A stretch of DNA of 64,000 nt, from the IMG/VR virus record IMGVR_UViG_3300045988_122718, positions 91,170 through 155,169 of that record; one strand, 5' to 3'. The translations under genes and the position numbers were made by a program. The DNA comes from a virus. The notes beneath the pieces were generated by a model. That model did not search any database and was not told where the DNA came from. It saw nothing but the letters and a program-made list of their open reading frames with translations. Position 1 is the stretch's first letter. Every line of letters starts with the position of its first letter. Positions 43,491 to 53,857 of the stretch are shown one piece after another.

Positions 43491-43707
43491 TTTCAATACC
43501 TCCACAAAGTCTTTCTTTTCTTTCAATTCTCTTTCGTTTTGCTGCAGCTCTTTGTTGCCACCAATTATGGGCTTCATTCTTCTCTAGGTGCCAACATTGC
43601 TTTTGCAAGCAATTCTTTTGTCTGATTTGTTTTACCGTTAAATAACAAGAATGATGACGACAATAGGCGGCGCAGTTCTCAGATTCACACCTATTCAATG
43701 TTTTCAT
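43483..43707 (-). CDS. Small Cys-rich protein
   Basis: MKTLNRCESENCAAYCRHHSCYLT. Confidence 0.5.
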   Translation of the reverse strand: MKTLNRCESENCAAYCRHHSCYLTVKQIRQKNCLQKQCWHLEKNEAHNWWQQRAAAKRKRIERKERLCGGIENV

Positions 43708-43778
43708 CAGCATCAACCTTCCTTTCTTTTATGATAACGCCTTAATTTCGTATTGTCAATAATTTTGAGAATATTTTG

Positions 43779-44297
43779 TCAACTTTCCATCTTCCTCATC
43801 TTTAAAATAGGAGCGGACTTAGTTCCACCAACATTTTCTACATTTCCAAACACTTCTTTAATAACTCTAGCAATATCATCTGTTGTCATATCCATTTTCC
43901 TAGGACTACTAGGATAATTGCAAATAAACTCGCCGCCATATTTAGTTGCCTTATAGATTTGCATTAATGTTTCTCTCAGCATGTCTATAGAACTCTGCAC
44001 ATTGATAACATTTGAAGCAAACACAACATCATACTGCCTATCTAAAGCATACTTATTCAGTAATTCATCCCCTTCTCCACACCATAAGTCATATGCGACA
44101 ACATCAAATCCATTATTCAACAGATATTTTGTACTAGTCACTCCCTTTCCAGCCCCAAAGTCTAAAATTATTTTATTTTTATCTACATTTTTTTCTACAA
44201 AAAGAGGAACCACCGCTCGGATAGTTCCATTCTTAATAGCAGACGCTCCAGCGCTACGACTGGTTGCTTTTGCAATTCTAATCTCTTCACTTGTCAT
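43779..44297 (-). CDS. Class I SAM-dependent methyltransferase
   Basis: IILDFGAGKGVTSTKYLL ... VVFASNVINV. Confidence 0.75.
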   Translation of the reverse strand: MTSEEIRIAKATSRSAGASAIKNGTIRAVVPLFVEKNVDKNKIILDFGAGKGVTSTKYLLNNGFDVVAYDLWCGEGDELLNKYALDRQYDVVFASNVINVQSSIDMLRETLMQIYKATKYGGEFICNYPSSPRKMDMTTDDIARVIKEVFGNVENVGGTKSAPILKMRKMES

Positions 44298-44336
44298 ATT
44301 AAGTCTCCTTTCAAACATTATAAGCAACAGTTTCTG

Positions 44337-45050
44337 TCACCATACTAAGTCCTCCAATAAATTGTCCTCTAAAACAACCACATTACAAAATCCTGTGTAG
44401 GCGACACAACTGTCGATCCCTATAAATCCATTTCCATAATAGGGCTTAAAGCAAGCATTATCTCCCCACTCGCTTCCAATTCCATTTCTCGACCACATCC
44501 AGCTCGTATGCCAATGTCCAAATACCAGAGTTTTATTTTCTGGTAGATTTTTATATAAAGCTGCCTCCTCAAAAGGATTAGGCCATCTGGCATACATCCA
44601 ATCTTTTTTATGACTTTCCCTCCAATCGTCTCCGACGGGGAGTGTTGAGTGGACAAATACATAATGCTCACTCTCGAAATAATCAACCATCTTGTCAAAC
44701 AATGGATTTAGTTTTTCCATTGTAACCGCACAGGCAGTATGAAACTCTTTTGCATTAGGAGCTAAATCACATACTGTTTTGTGCGTTCCATTATGAAAAT
44801 CGTTTGAACGTGGGAAGCCCCTTCGGCACATCGAAGTCATAAGATCTTCATGGTTTCCGAAAATTAGAACCTTATTGGGTACACTCATCATATAATCGAG
44901 AACTTGCTGACTTTCATCCATTCTATCAAAGAGATCTCCGCATACAATTAAGAGATGCTCTTTATTTCTTGGCTCAAAACCAGCTTCATCTAATTCCTTT
45001 TTCATAGGCGTGTACGCACTATGAATATCTGAAGTTACAAAAATTTTCAT
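44337..45050 (-). CDS. Calcineurin-like phosphoesterase
   Basis: FVTSDIHSAYTPM, VCGDLFDR, FGNHEDL, VFGHWHTS. Confidence 0.85.
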   Translation of the reverse strand: MKIFVTSDIHSAYTPMKKELDEAGFEPRNKEHLLIVCGDLFDRMDESQQVLDYMMSVPNKVLIFGNHEDLMTSMCRRGFPRSNDFHNGTHKTVCDLAPNAKEFHTACAVTMEKLNPLFDKMVDYFESEHYVFVHSTLPVGDDWRESHKKDWMYARWPNPFEEAALYKNLPENKTLVFGHWHTSWMWSRNGIGSEWGDNACFKPYYGNGFIGIDSCVAYTGFCNVVVLEDNLLEDLVW

Positions 45051-45060
45051 CTTGTCCTCC

Positions 45061-45453
45061 TTATTTACTATCTTCCTTTGCCATTCTAAACATATCCATA
45101 CAAGAAATTCTCTTAGGCACTTCTTCTTTCTCTTCCTCAGTACCAAGATATACTTCATAAAGAGTATTCTCTCTGCCAACAATATCCCTTACAAATTTCA
45201 CTTTTCTTTGATGTTTCTCATAGTAGTCAATGATTTTATCTACATATTTTACTGTATCATCATCGTCCATATCTCCGTAGAAGTATGTGATTAACTTGTC
45301 ATATACAAGAACATTTGTATCAAACAAGTCAATAATATCACTGAACTCATCAATAATTACGTTGTACTCTGCTGTGATTTGCCCAATTGTATATTCATGT
45401 CCTCTATCAGAAGTGTAAATCCAAGCTCCATATTTCTTTTCTAATTTACTCAT
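45061..45453 (-). CDS. Hypothetical protein
   Basis: 130-aa ORF with SD. Confidence 0.6.
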   Translation of the reverse strand: MSKLEKKYGAWIYTSDRGHEYTIGQITAEYNVIIDEFSDIIDLFDTNVLVYDKLITYFYGDMDDDDTVKYVDKIIDYYEKHQRKVKFVRDIVGRENTLYEVYLGTEEEKEEVPKRISCMDMFRMAKEDSK

Positions 45454-45467
45454 TTTTTATTCCTCCC

Positions 45468-45662
45468 TTAATCTATAATCATAGTTTTCCATGCTTTTTC
45501 TAATGCTGTTCCCTCATCTATATCATCCCTATTAATAATCCTACGAAATTCATATGCCATTTTATCGGCTAACTGTACAATGTCATCATAACTCTTTTTG
45601 CCGTACCACTCTTCTTCGCTAAAACATTCACCTCCTTTAAAGCATTGTTTGCAAATAATCAT
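45468..45662 (-). CDS. Hypothetical protein
   Basis: MIICKQCFKGGECFSEEEWYGK...; SD present. Confidence 0.6.
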   Translation of the reverse strand: MIICKQCFKGGECFSEEEWYGKKSYDDIVQLADKMAYEFRRIINRDDIDEGTALEKAWKTMIID

Positions 45663-45693
45663 TAAATCACCTCCTTGCGTTAATTTTGTGCTG

Positions 45694-46389
45694 TTAATGT
45701 TGGTCAAATTTAATAGATTGGATTTTCTTATTGAAGCACTTTCTACAAATACTACAAGTGATTGTCTTATCCTTTTGGTTAGGACAACCAGTAGTTCCAT
45801 TCGGAAACTCAGGATTCAAAGTTTTGTCTTTAAAGTCTACATAGGCCACAGGTAAGTTGTGAGGATTTTCTACCTTCCAACCAATATGCCATGCAGAGAA
45901 TCTTACTGTGAAGTTATCTGGCAAATCTCCGTTCTTGTCAATCCATTCGTTAACAATCCAATATTTCTTTGTATATGCAAGAAACTTAATATCGGGAAAT
46001 GTGTTTGCCAAGTCTACCATACCAACAAAGAAATCTGCATCTGGAATGTCGCCACTATCAGTCCATCTAAACAACGGATAAGGACGATGTTTAATCTTAA
46101 ATTTCACTTGCTCCCAGAAGTCTACTGGATTTGTATTATACAATCTCAAGTTTCTTGCATATGCAGCCTGTACAACCGCTATTTGCTGTCTGCCTTTGTT
46201 ACAATAACAACCTCCCTCTCTGCACGGTGCGTCCTCACGGCATGTACAAATAGGAAATGCTAAGTCATTGCACAAAGGTCCAGTCTTACTATTCTTATCA
46301 CTTATATGCACTTCATCACTTTGTGCTGCAAGATAATTAATATAGTCTTCTCTTTCCATCCATACTTTGCTTGCATTTTTCTTTTTCAT
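45694..46389 (-). CDS. Phage Gp88-like Cys-rich protein
   Basis: CNDLAFPICTCREDAPCREGGCYCNKGRQ... RWTDSGDIPDADF... TGCPNQKDKTITCSICRKCF. Confidence 0.65.
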   Translation of the reverse strand: MKKKNASKVWMEREDYINYLAAQSDEVHISDKNSKTGPLCNDLAFPICTCREDAPCREGGCYCNKGRQQIAVVQAAYARNLRLYNTNPVDFWEQVKFKIKHRPYPLFRWTDSGDIPDADFFVGMVDLANTFPDIKFLAYTKKYWIVNEWIDKNGDLPDNFTVRFSAWHIGWKVENPHNLPVAYVDFKDKTLNPEFPNGTTGCPNQKDKTITCSICRKCFNKKIQSIKFDQH

Positions 46390-46410
46390 AATTTTTACCT
46401 CCATTATACA

Positions 46411-46920
46411 TTAATTTTGTATTCTTGTCAAGTAAAAAGGAACCTTTCGGCTCCTTACATTTCCCAAAATCCAATCATATCCGAACCATTTAATTTCATC
46501 ATCCGAAAATCCGATAGCGTCCAAATCTCTTCGTGCAATCGCAAGCTCTACGTTTCCGTTATTTGTACAACATTTAATTGCATTGTCAAGCAATTCAAGC
46601 GCCCTTCTGTATGTGATATATCCATAATTATTTGTCTTGTCTGGTGAAATTTCATTCCCATCTTCGTCTTCGTCACCTTCAACCCACCAAGATGACCACA
46701 TATTGTAAGTCTCGCTTAACCTTTCTATCATAAACTCTTCGCAACAAGAATCCTCGACATATGCTCTATAATCAGGATCTTCAATTTCTTCTGTGCTATG
46801 CCATTCAGAATAATATCCGTCAAGCATATCAAGAATTTCCTTTTCAAGATGTTTGTATGCATCATCCCATTCGATACATAATTCTCTTTCAAAACAATTA
46901 ACATAATATTTAGTTATCAT
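46411..46920 (-). CDS. Hypothetical protein
   Basis: 169-aa ORF; terminator-like hairpin AAGGAGCCGAAAGGTTCCTTTTT overlaps its 3' end. Confidence 0.6.
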   Translation of the reverse strand: MITKYYVNCFERELCIEWDDAYKHLEKEILDMLDGYYSEWHSTEEIEDPDYRAYVEDSCCEEFMIERLSETYNMWSSWWVEGDEDEDGNEISPDKTNNYGYITYRRALELLDNAIKCCTNNGNVELAIARRDLDAIGFSDDEIKWFGYDWILGNVRSRKVPFYLTRIQN

Positions 46921-47142
46921 TTAATCTTCCTCCTCATCAATCTCTATATTAAACTCAACATGGATACTCTTTCTTTTCTCATCATAGAAAATATCCATAC
47001 CTCCAATTTCGTAATCCTCCCACTCGGAATGCCTCAGATCTTCTTCCGAAATATCAAATGCTTTTTCGCTATTGCAATCAAATATCGAAAATTCTACACC
47101 ATCAACAGTACAGCAAGTGTTAATAAAATCATAGATTGTCAT
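46921..47142 (-). CDS. Hypothetical acidic protein
   Basis: 73-aa ORF with SD. Confidence 0.6.
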   Translation of the reverse strand: MTIYDFINTCCTVDGVEFSIFDCNSEKAFDISEEDLRHSEWEDYEIGGMDIFYDEKRKSIHVEFNIEIDEEED

Positions 47143-47261
47143 TTACTCATCCTCCTATTCTCTTCATAGTACCCGCCGATGTAATAAGCAATGTAATCTG
47201 CCTCAATTTCGTTCCACACAGTTTCGTAAGGAATTCCTTTTGAATCGTACACAGTATACAT
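47139..47261 (-). CDS. Small hypothetical protein
   Basis: MYTVYDSKGIPYETVWNEIEADYIAYYIGGYYEENRRMSK; ATGA overlap with next gene. Confidence 0.6.
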   Translation of the reverse strand: MYTVYDSKGIPYETVWNEIEADYIAYYIGGYYEENRRMSK

Positions 47262-47298
47262 TTTAATTTCCTTCCTTTCCATATAACTAGCCTTATTT

Positions 47299-47979
47299 TT
47301 ACCAGCTACTTACATAATAGACCATTTCCTTTTCAAAGTCCGTTGTTTCAAGTACTCGTGTCAAAATATCAATCGTGTCCTCAACACCTCTCATATACCA
47401 ATTGTCATACTCAGTTGCTCCAAAGAAGAAACCTCCCTGAGTAGGAAGAAGCGCTGCAACTTCATCGGCATTTACAATGACCTCTCCGTCCTCATAACAA
47501 TTTTCCCACTTTCCGTTTATAAGTGTCTGTCCGTTTACAACCTTTCCTGGCTTCAATACTGCAATCTGCTTCACTTTCTCGCAAGTATCAAGCAATTCCT
47601 CAAGAATTTCCTTTGTACACTCATTGTGATAACGGCAGTCGTCAATTCCATCCTGAACGTGGTCAACGAACCATTGATGAATCATATTCTCTTTTCGCCA
47701 GTAACCGACCTCCTCCATAATGGAACTATGTCCATAGTTATGCTCGGTATCCCAAGCATAATACTTAGTGTTATAGAATTGCTTATAATAACTAATGATG
47801 TCATTATCAAGCAATATATTTTTATCTGCCCCACAATACTCTTGCCATGTGCAATTTGCATACTCACTACCCTCCCTTTTTGCTTTCTGCCAATCAAGAT
47901 AATCTCCAACTGCGTTTACTACACTTGCGGTAGCCTTCTTGTAACGAGGCATTCTGTTAAGATACTGGTCAAGTCCCAT
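47299..47979 (-). CDS. Conserved phage hypothetical protein
   Basis: MGLDQYLNRMPRYKK... WRKENMIHQWFV. Confidence 0.65.
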   Translation of the reverse strand: MGLDQYLNRMPRYKKATASVVNAVGDYLDWQKAKREGSEYANCTWQEYCGADKNILLDNDIISYYKQFYNTKYYAWDTEHNYGHSSIMEEVGYWRKENMIHQWFVDHVQDGIDDCRYHNECTKEILEELLDTCEKVKQIAVLKPGKVVNGQTLINGKWENCYEDGEVIVNADEVAALLPTQGGFFFGATEYDNWYMRGVEDTIDILTRVLETTDFEKEMVYYVSSW

Positions 47980-47994
47980 TTTTTAAATCCTCCT

Positions 47995-48306
47995 TTAATT
48001 TTCTTCAGAACAAATATCCATGATTGTATCAACCAAATTCTGCAAAGAATCCACTCCATACCCATGTAGCAGAATCATTAACTCTCCAGTTTCCTTATTT
48101 CTCAGTTCACAATAATGTGTCCATCCATCTTCCTCAAGATAATCGAAAGAAATGTCAAGTTCGTTTCCGTTAATAGAATTAATGTCATAAGTCACAATCC
48201 TTGTGTCAAAAGATTTCGGTCTCCTTCCTTCCCCATTCCAATTAGTAGGATTCATTTTCTCCAAAAAATCATTTGCAATTTTTTCTGCCTTTTCTCTGTT
48301 GAACAT
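47995..48306 (-). CDS. Hypothetical protein
   Basis: 103-aa ORF. Confidence 0.6.
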   Translation of the reverse strand: MFNREKAEKIANDFLEKMNPTNWNGEGRRPKSFDTRIVTYDINSINGNELDISFDYLEEDGWTHYCELRNKETGELMILLHGYGVDSLQNLVDTIMDICSEEN

Positions 48307-48320
48307 AATTAAATCCTCCT

Positions 48321-48518
48321 TTAATATTTTGTTTCTCTTTCATTCATCAACCAGCCAACACCTTTGCTGTGGTTTTCATCAAACCAATACCAAATCTCTT
48401 CTCTGTGAGTTCCTTTGCTCCAACCATGCCAATCAATGTCAATGCATTCATTCTCGTCAGTAGGTACATCTTCAAGTTCGTCCCAAAGTCTTTCAATTTC
48501 TTTGTCTGTCATTTTCAT
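48321..48518 (-). CDS. Hypothetical protein
   Basis: MKMTDKEIERLWDELEDVPTDENECIDIDWHGWSKGTHREEIWYWFDENHSKGVGWLMNERETKY. Confidence 0.6.
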   Translation of the reverse strand: MKMTDKEIERLWDELEDVPTDENECIDIDWHGWSKGTHREEIWYWFDENHSKGVGWLMNERETKY

Positions 48519-48547
48519 TTCAAATCCTCCTTTAATTTTGTATCGTT

Positions 48548-48880
48548 TTAAATACATCCACCACAACATCCCCACGGAACATTGTCGTTGAACACTTCAT
48601 TAATTTCTGTTGCATATTTGCGGAACTGTTCGGGAATCTTGTTTACGTCAATTCTCCATGTTCCTTTCCATGTTCCTTCATAGTTCGGATTGATACCACC
48701 ACCACTGCTCCAAAACGGATTGTATTTCGGTTTGTCTTTAGAGTTGAAACCATAACCAAAAGTGATTTCCTCCCCGTCAATCTCAAGTGTCAGCACACCG
48801 CTACACAGGTTGGGCCATCTCCCAGTGTAAGAAACGAATTTCACATGGGTAAATTCATTGTTGTTATGATTAATCAACAT
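48548..48880 (-). CDS. Hypothetical protein
   Basis: 110-aa ORF. Confidence 0.6.
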   Translation of the reverse strand: MLINHNNNEFTHVKFVSYTGRWPNLCSGVLTLEIDGEEITFGYGFNSKDKPKYNPFWSSGGGINPNYEGTWKGTWRIDVNKIPEQFRKYATEINEVFNDNVPWGCCGGCI

Positions 48881-48881
48881 T

Positions 48882-49064
48882 TTATTCTCCTTTCAACATT
48901 TGCTCAATCAGTTCCATTGTCTTATCGTCCTCCAGATAGAAGCCGTCACTTCCAATCTGTGCCTGAAGATTACATACCAACTGCATAAATCTCCAATCGG
49001 GAACCATGTGCCAGTATGCCTTGAGCATCTCACAGAACTTATCAATTCTCTTGGTGTCTCTCAT
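48882..49064 (-). CDS. Hypothetical protein
   Basis: 60-aa ORF. Confidence 0.55.
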   Translation of the reverse strand: MRDTKRIDKFCEMLKAYWHMVPDWRFMQLVCNLQAQIGSDGFYLEDDKTMELIEQMLKGE

Positions 49065-49132
49065 TTTTGAACCTCCTTTAAATCAAATTCCATATCCAGC
49101 ATGTTGCATGACATTTATTTCTTCCTCCTTAT

Positions 49133-49468
49133 TTACTGCAAATGACCAGGGCTTCTTTCATCTTCATATGTCCACATAAAATTAGAAGTAACAAGTGGTT
49201 TATCTGCATCATAAGTGAACAAATGGGCATCAATGGTAGCTGTAGCAAAATGAATAGAATGTTTTATATCGTGCGAAAGAAACGTATATTGAACAGAAAA
49301 ACTATCAGATTTCACTTCAAAAATTTCTGCCCCATCAGCATACTTTTGAATATAGTCAAAAGCATCGCCAAATGTTTGAAACATTCTTTTGCAGCTTATA
49401 ATATAATCCACAATAGTAACAGTAAACAAACAAAATTGACCTGCGGGAACTGTACGTCTAAATTCCAT
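49133..49468 (-). CDS. Hypothetical protein
   Basis: 111-aa ORF. Confidence 0.55.
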   Translation of the reverse strand: MEFRRTVPAGQFCLFTVTIVDYIISCKRMFQTFGDAFDYIQKYADGAEIFEVKSDSFSVQYTFLSHDIKHSIHFATATIDAHLFTYDADKPLVTSNFMWTYEDERSPGHLQ

Positions 49469-49481
49469 GTTGTATCTCCTT

Positions 49482-51041
49482 TCAAATCAAACAAATACAA
49501 TGACTAATTCTACCGTTCTCTGTGATGGGTTTACCACAGTTGGCACAGATTCCAGAATGCCCAATATTAATTACATTATCACGACTCTCGCTTCTTTCTC
49601 TTGGATAAGAAACATTACAATTTTCAAAAGTTGTATAATCACGATAATGTACTCCATAGGAATCTACATTGCCGCTTACATCACCATCTTCTTTCTTTCT
49701 CCAGACAGTATCCGTAAGACCAAGAATAGGGGTGAGTACGTTTTGCACATAATTACGGAATACTTTGTACAAATCTGTTCTCCCGTCATTTCCCTGTGGA
49801 TACACACGGCCTTGCACCAGAATATCCTTTCCATAATGGAACATACATCTGTAAATCTTCCCGTCCTCCCAATCAGTCGGAACATGGTTATGCACAAAGG
49901 TAACAATCGAAGTGCTATCCAGCATATAACTCACAGTTCCTCCACAGTACATACCAGTGTAGGCATTATCCATACCTCTACGGTTCCCTTTGTCAATCGT
50001 ATGACAAGAAGCCCAGTTTACACCGAAGCTCATAGTTAAATAATCAATAGGATTGACGCTAATAAAGAACTTTAGCTTTCTCTTGAGTCCACTTACCATG
50101 TCGGCATACTTAGCAAATAGCTTGTTGTACTTAGGCAATTTATCTATTCCGTAGAATCCGCACACTCGATTAAAAGCACGGCTGGTTTTCATACCTTCCC
50201 TTACTTTATATTTCTCATCCATGCTTTCAGAAAATTCTTTATCAATAGTAGAAAGGCTAAACATCTTAAATTTGCGCATTGCATTGTAGCACTCATTTTC
50301 GATTGCATGAGAAGCAAGCGTTGCTTTATCATCTGCAAATTTATTGCGTGCATCTGTTATATTTTTCAACTTTGCAACTACTTCGGGCTTCATCAAATCT
50401 TTTGCTGTAATGCACTCTATTCCAGTTCTGATGTAATCATCAATTTTCTTACCATACTCATCTTCGTACTTCAGAATCAACCTACTTGCGTCAACATTAT
50501 TATAGAAGTTTTCGCAAAATGAATAAATATCATCTGCATTATTTTCTCTTTCGAGTTCAATGTCAATCATGATTCGCATGTCGCCCATATAATTGGCAGA
50601 CTTTTGAAACAGTTCAATCAAATCCTTTTTGTTGGTGAAATATTCATTCAACATCGTACATACGCCGTGCTCAGTATTTCTATGCCCATATTTGGTAAGC
50701 ATCGCCATCACATCATCGACGAGCTTGTCCGTGTCACAATACTGACCCCACGCTTCCTTGATGTCTGCCTTTGTAAGAATGGTACTTGGCTGTGCTGTAG
50801 GAACGGTCCCATCCTCAAAACCAGCAAAGTCAGCGCTGCCCCAAGAAAAATCACCATCATCTTCTGCGATGATGTATTCAGTATCTTCTTCAATACCGTT
50901 ATGTTCAATAACTCTCTTGATTGTTACAGTACGTCCATTAAAACGCTCCATTCCATATCCGTGCCTATAACGATAATTGCTACTAATGACACCAAGATTT
51001 TCCCTTACAACAACACGATCTCCAACATTATAGAGTGCCAT
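49482..51041 (-). CDS. Large phage protein, paralog of 55863-57431
   Basis: Shared motif SVNPIDYLTMSFGVNWASCHTIDKGNRRGM...YTGMYCGGTVSYMLDS. Confidence 0.7.
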   Translation of the reverse strand: MALYNVGDRVVVRENLGVISSNYRYRHGYGMERFNGRTVTIKRVIEHNGIEEDTEYIIAEDDGDFSWGSADFAGFEDGTVPTAQPSTILTKADIKEAWGQYCDTDKLVDDVMAMLTKYGHRNTEHGVCTMLNEYFTNKKDLIELFQKSANYMGDMRIMIDIELERENNADDIYSFCENFYNNVDASRLILKYEDEYGKKIDDYIRTGIECITAKDLMKPEVVAKLKNITDARNKFADDKATLASHAIENECYNAMRKFKMFSLSTIDKEFSESMDEKYKVREGMKTSRAFNRVCGFYGIDKLPKYNKLFAKYADMVSGLKRKLKFFISVNPIDYLTMSFGVNWASCHTIDKGNRRGMDNAYTGMYCGGTVSYMLDSTSIVTFVHNHVPTDWEDGKIYRCMFHYGKDILVQGRVYPQGNDGRTDLYKVFRNYVQNVLTPILGLTDTVWRKKEDGDVSGNVDSYGVHYRDYTTFENCNVSYPRERSESRDNVINIGHSGICANCGKPITENGRISHCICLI

Positions 51042-51055
51042 AATTATATCTCCTT

Positions 51056-51850
51056 TCAGTTATACAGGCTTGCAATTTTTTCCTTAATGCTTTTAAGGGT
51101 TTTGTCAGGAATGAATTCAGAACTATTGTATTCCTTATACGAGCCACCATTAATAAGAAACAGCTTGTTGTACTTTTTGGAATACACAACATCAAACGAC
51201 TGACTTCTGTAACAAATTACAAAGCGGTCAACAATGTTTAACTTATTGACTATTGCAGTAATATGATTCTTCCCCTTCAGTTTATAGTAAGTAACGCCTC
51301 TGTGCTTATATTCAATCTTTTCTGTGAACCCGTTTTCAAGAATTTTATCCACAGTAATTATGTCATCAAATAGACCAGGATAATTTGTAAATATATCCTC
51401 AATGGGCCGCATTTCCGCCGTGGCACAACATTTGAACCTACAGACTTCCCTTGCCTCTTGAGAATTAATATCATGGAACCTAAACGATGCTCTGCAATAC
51501 AATTTGGTGCTCTTCTTTGTATTTACCACGTAGCTCCCATCCTCTTGCAGAGTATATTTTGCAGATAACTGCTTACCATCTCCTTCTCTCATATGCTGGC
51601 AACCAAAACAAGATGCAGAAGTTGAAGCCCTATCGGTATGTTCCTTAATTGCTTCCGGCGTGTTCCTGACGAGTGCTCCGCAGGAAGAACACTTTACAAA
51701 TTTCTTTCTGTTGTCTCTTGAAATAGAAACAATACCAGCTTGATACACGCAATTTCCGTCCTCTAAAGCAAACGTTTTTGCATCTTTCATTTCTGCCTTC
51801 TTCCATACATACTGATCTCCGTTTAGGCAGCTTCTGAGCAGCACTCTCAT
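51056..51850 (-). CDS. Hypothetical Cys-rich protein
   Basis: 264-aa ORF with several CxxC motifs. Confidence 0.6.
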   Translation of the reverse strand: MRVLLRSCLNGDQYVWKKAEMKDAKTFALEDGNCVYQAGIVSISRDNRKKFVKCSSCGALVRNTPEAIKEHTDRASTSASCFGCQHMREGDGKQLSAKYTLQEDGSYVVNTKKSTKLYCRASFRFHDINSQEAREVCRFKCCATAEMRPIEDIFTNYPGLFDDIITVDKILENGFTEKIEYKHRGVTYYKLKGKNHITAIVNKLNIVDRFVICYRSQSFDVVYSKKYNKLFLINGGSYKEYNSSEFIPDKTLKSIKEKIASLYN

Positions 51851-51906
51851 AAAATTACCTCCATTAATTTTGTGTTGTGTAAGTGATAGGGCAAATGCCC
51901 CTTCAC

Positions 51907-52038
51907 TTACTTTGACTTTGCCTCAAACTTGTCAAACCACTTGTCTATTTCATCGAACTTCTTGTTGAATCTTTCCTCCATTTCAAGTAATGCCTGAAGT
52001 ATTACATCGACCACCTCTTGTAGCTCCTTATTTTCCAT
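51907..52038 (-). CDS. Small coiled-coil protein
   Basis: MENKELQEVVDVILQALLEMEERFNKKFDEIDKWFDKFEAKSK. Confidence 0.5.
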   Translation of the reverse strand: MENKELQEVVDVILQALLEMEERFNKKFDEIDKWFDKFEAKSK

Positions 52039-52111
52039 TTGCACCAACTCCTTTTGCCTTTATTATATCACCTCCCCTCTGAAATTCAATAAACAATTGT
52101 CACAAATTTTC

Positions 52112-52537
52112 TTAGCCGATTCTCACGAGTCCTCCAAACATTCCCTTTACTGCAATGCTGCCGAACTCACTGAAATAGTCAATTGTCTTGTTCCACACAT
52201 AGGCAAACACATAGCCCTCCCTGATGTCAGCATTGTCCACTTCATATTCCTCCTGATAATCGGATACATACAAGAAATTGTACATATCCATCACTTCTCC
52301 ATCAAGCCTCATAGGAGTATGGATTACATGATATACAAGTGCATTGTTTTTCTTTTCAAACTCCTGTACCTTTGCAGTAAGTTCCTTATCGCTGCTGAAC
52401 TCGTACAGACCGCCAGTCGGTTCAGAAAGCTGCACTTCATCTCTGTCCTTGAATGCCTTGATACATGGAGCAAATAGCCCAAGCTCCTTCATGCGGTTAA
52501 TTGCCTCTACCTTTTTGATTTCTCTTGATACGTTCAT
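52112..52537 (-). CDS. Hypothetical protein
   Basis: MNVSREIKKVEAINRMKELGLFAP... Confidence 0.6.
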   Translation of the reverse strand: MNVSREIKKVEAINRMKELGLFAPCIKAFKDRDEVQLSEPTGGLYEFSSDKELTAKVQEFEKKNNALVYHVIHTPMRLDGEVMDMYNFLYVSDYQEEYEVDNADIREGYVFAYVWNKTIDYFSEFGSIAVKGMFGGLVRIG

Positions 52538-52613
52538 ATTTATTCCTCCCTTTAATTTCGTACTGTATTCTCGTTTTGTATTAGTTTGCCCCATTATAGG
52601 ACAAACTATTTGT

Positions 52614-52760
52614 TTAGTCTAAAAGCCCACATGCGTTTGCAATCATTGCAATAATTGCAAAGACTACGATTGTTCCAATGAGAGCAATAATCCCGTCTTT
52701 TGTTTCGTCCTTTCCGAATAGTAGTACACAAGCAATGATGATAAGTAAAATAACAACCAT
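52614..52760 (-). CDS. Small membrane protein
   Basis: Very hydrophobic ORF starting MVVILLI. Confidence 0.5.
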   Translation of the reverse strand: MVVILLIIIACVLLFGKDETKDGIIALIGTIVVFAIIAMIANACGLLD

Positions 52761-52843
52761 TTATTTACCTCCCTAACTTATACATTATTCGTAATTATTT
52801 TACCCCTATTATGCTACTGCGTCAACTTACTTTTGCCTCCTTT

Positions 52844-53056
52844 TTATTCTCCTTTCAAACTCCTAAACACATTATCATACTGCTTCTTAGTCATAAAGAC
52901 TACATGTGGATGATACTCATCTCCCTCTCGAATTAGCTGTTTAACTTCTTCTCCGGAAATGTCTCTGTCATCAAATAGTACAACATTGTCTTGCTCAGTC
53001 CAGAAATCATATTTCTCTGTGTATTCAATCATTTTTACATGATGATTTGTATTCAT
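52844..53056 (-). CDS. Hypothetical protein
   Basis: 70-aa ORF. Confidence 0.55.
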   Translation of the reverse strand: MNTNHHVKMIEYTEKYDFWTEQDNVVLFDDRDISGEEVKQLIREGDEYHPHVVFMTKKQYDNVFRSLKGE

Positions 53057-53058
53057 AT

Positions 53059-53445
53059 TTACCCCTCATCTCCATAAGTTTTAGTTTGAGTTCCATTCCA
53101 CTCATTCTCAACCGTAATTACTGCTTGCCTAATCCATAGTTGGCTGCACTTTTCATCGAACCACTTAATGATTTCCTCAATACTATCGTGGTCTCTTAGG
53201 TCTCCAAATACACTAATTGTAAATGCATCCATACAGCTTTTATTTGGATTTTCCCAAACACTCATTTGAAGGGAACCCTCTGAGCCAAGAGGAAGAAAAT
53301 GTTCTGGGTAATCGCTTGCTTCATTCCATTTTTCAGTAGAATCATAATAATCCAATTCCTTTCCAAAGATTTTTGTAAAATCTTTTCCTTCGTGTGAGAG
53401 ACCATCAACTCTAAAGATTGCTGCAACATGTGTCCAATTACTCAT
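53059..53445 (-). CDS. Hypothetical protein
   Basis: MSNWTHVAAIFRVDGLSHEGKDF... Confidence 0.65.
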   Translation of the reverse strand: MSNWTHVAAIFRVDGLSHEGKDFTKIFGKELDYYDSTEKWNEASDYPEHFLPLGSEGSLQMSVWENPNKSCMDAFTISVFGDLRDHDSIEEIIKWFDEKCSQLWIRQAVITVENEWNGTQTKTYGDEG

Positions 53446-53446
53446 T

Positions 53447-53653
53447 TTACTTTGCCTCCCTGATATCATTCAGTAGAATTTTCAATGTGGTAATATACTC
53501 ATTGAGGTTTGCCATATTGTCCAGATGCATTTTTCCCTCCTCCCACACATCAGAACCCATCAACCAAATCCTCTCGTTTGAAATCGAACCAAGAGCTTCT
53601 TTGATTTCTCTTTCGTACAGTTTAATCAGCCAGTTTTTAACCATTTCGCTCAT
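53447..53653 (-). CDS. Hypothetical protein
   Basis: 68-aa ORF. Confidence 0.55.
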   Translation of the reverse strand: MSEMVKNWLIKLYEREIKEALGSISNERIWLMGSDVWEEGKMHLDNMANLNEYITTLKILLNDIREAK

Positions 53654-53667
53654 GTCAACAATCCTCC

Positions 53668-53844
53668 TTAATCTTGTGTTGTGATTTTTCTCACATAATG
53701 GTTAACTTCGCTTTTAGTAGGCTCTCTTTCATAAATACATACCTTTTTGAATCTTGCCACTGCGTTTTCATAGTTCAACCAATAACTATCAATCCATGAA
53801 AAGCTACCATCTTCGTTCGTTGCATATACTGCATAGAGCGTCAT
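53668..53844 (-). CDS. Hypothetical protein
   Basis: MTLYAVYATNEDGSFSWIDSYWLNYENAVARFKKVC... Confidence 0.55.
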   Translation of the reverse strand: MTLYAVYATNEDGSFSWIDSYWLNYENAVARFKKVCIYEREPTKSEVNHYVRKITTQD

Positions 53845-53857
53845 TTACTTTACCTCC

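Noticed and set aside
51871-51905. Long hairpin GTAAGTGA...TCACTTAC as a terminator
   Set aside because: Strong stem but no U-tract on the transcribed strand; may be a processing or regulatory hairpin, not called.
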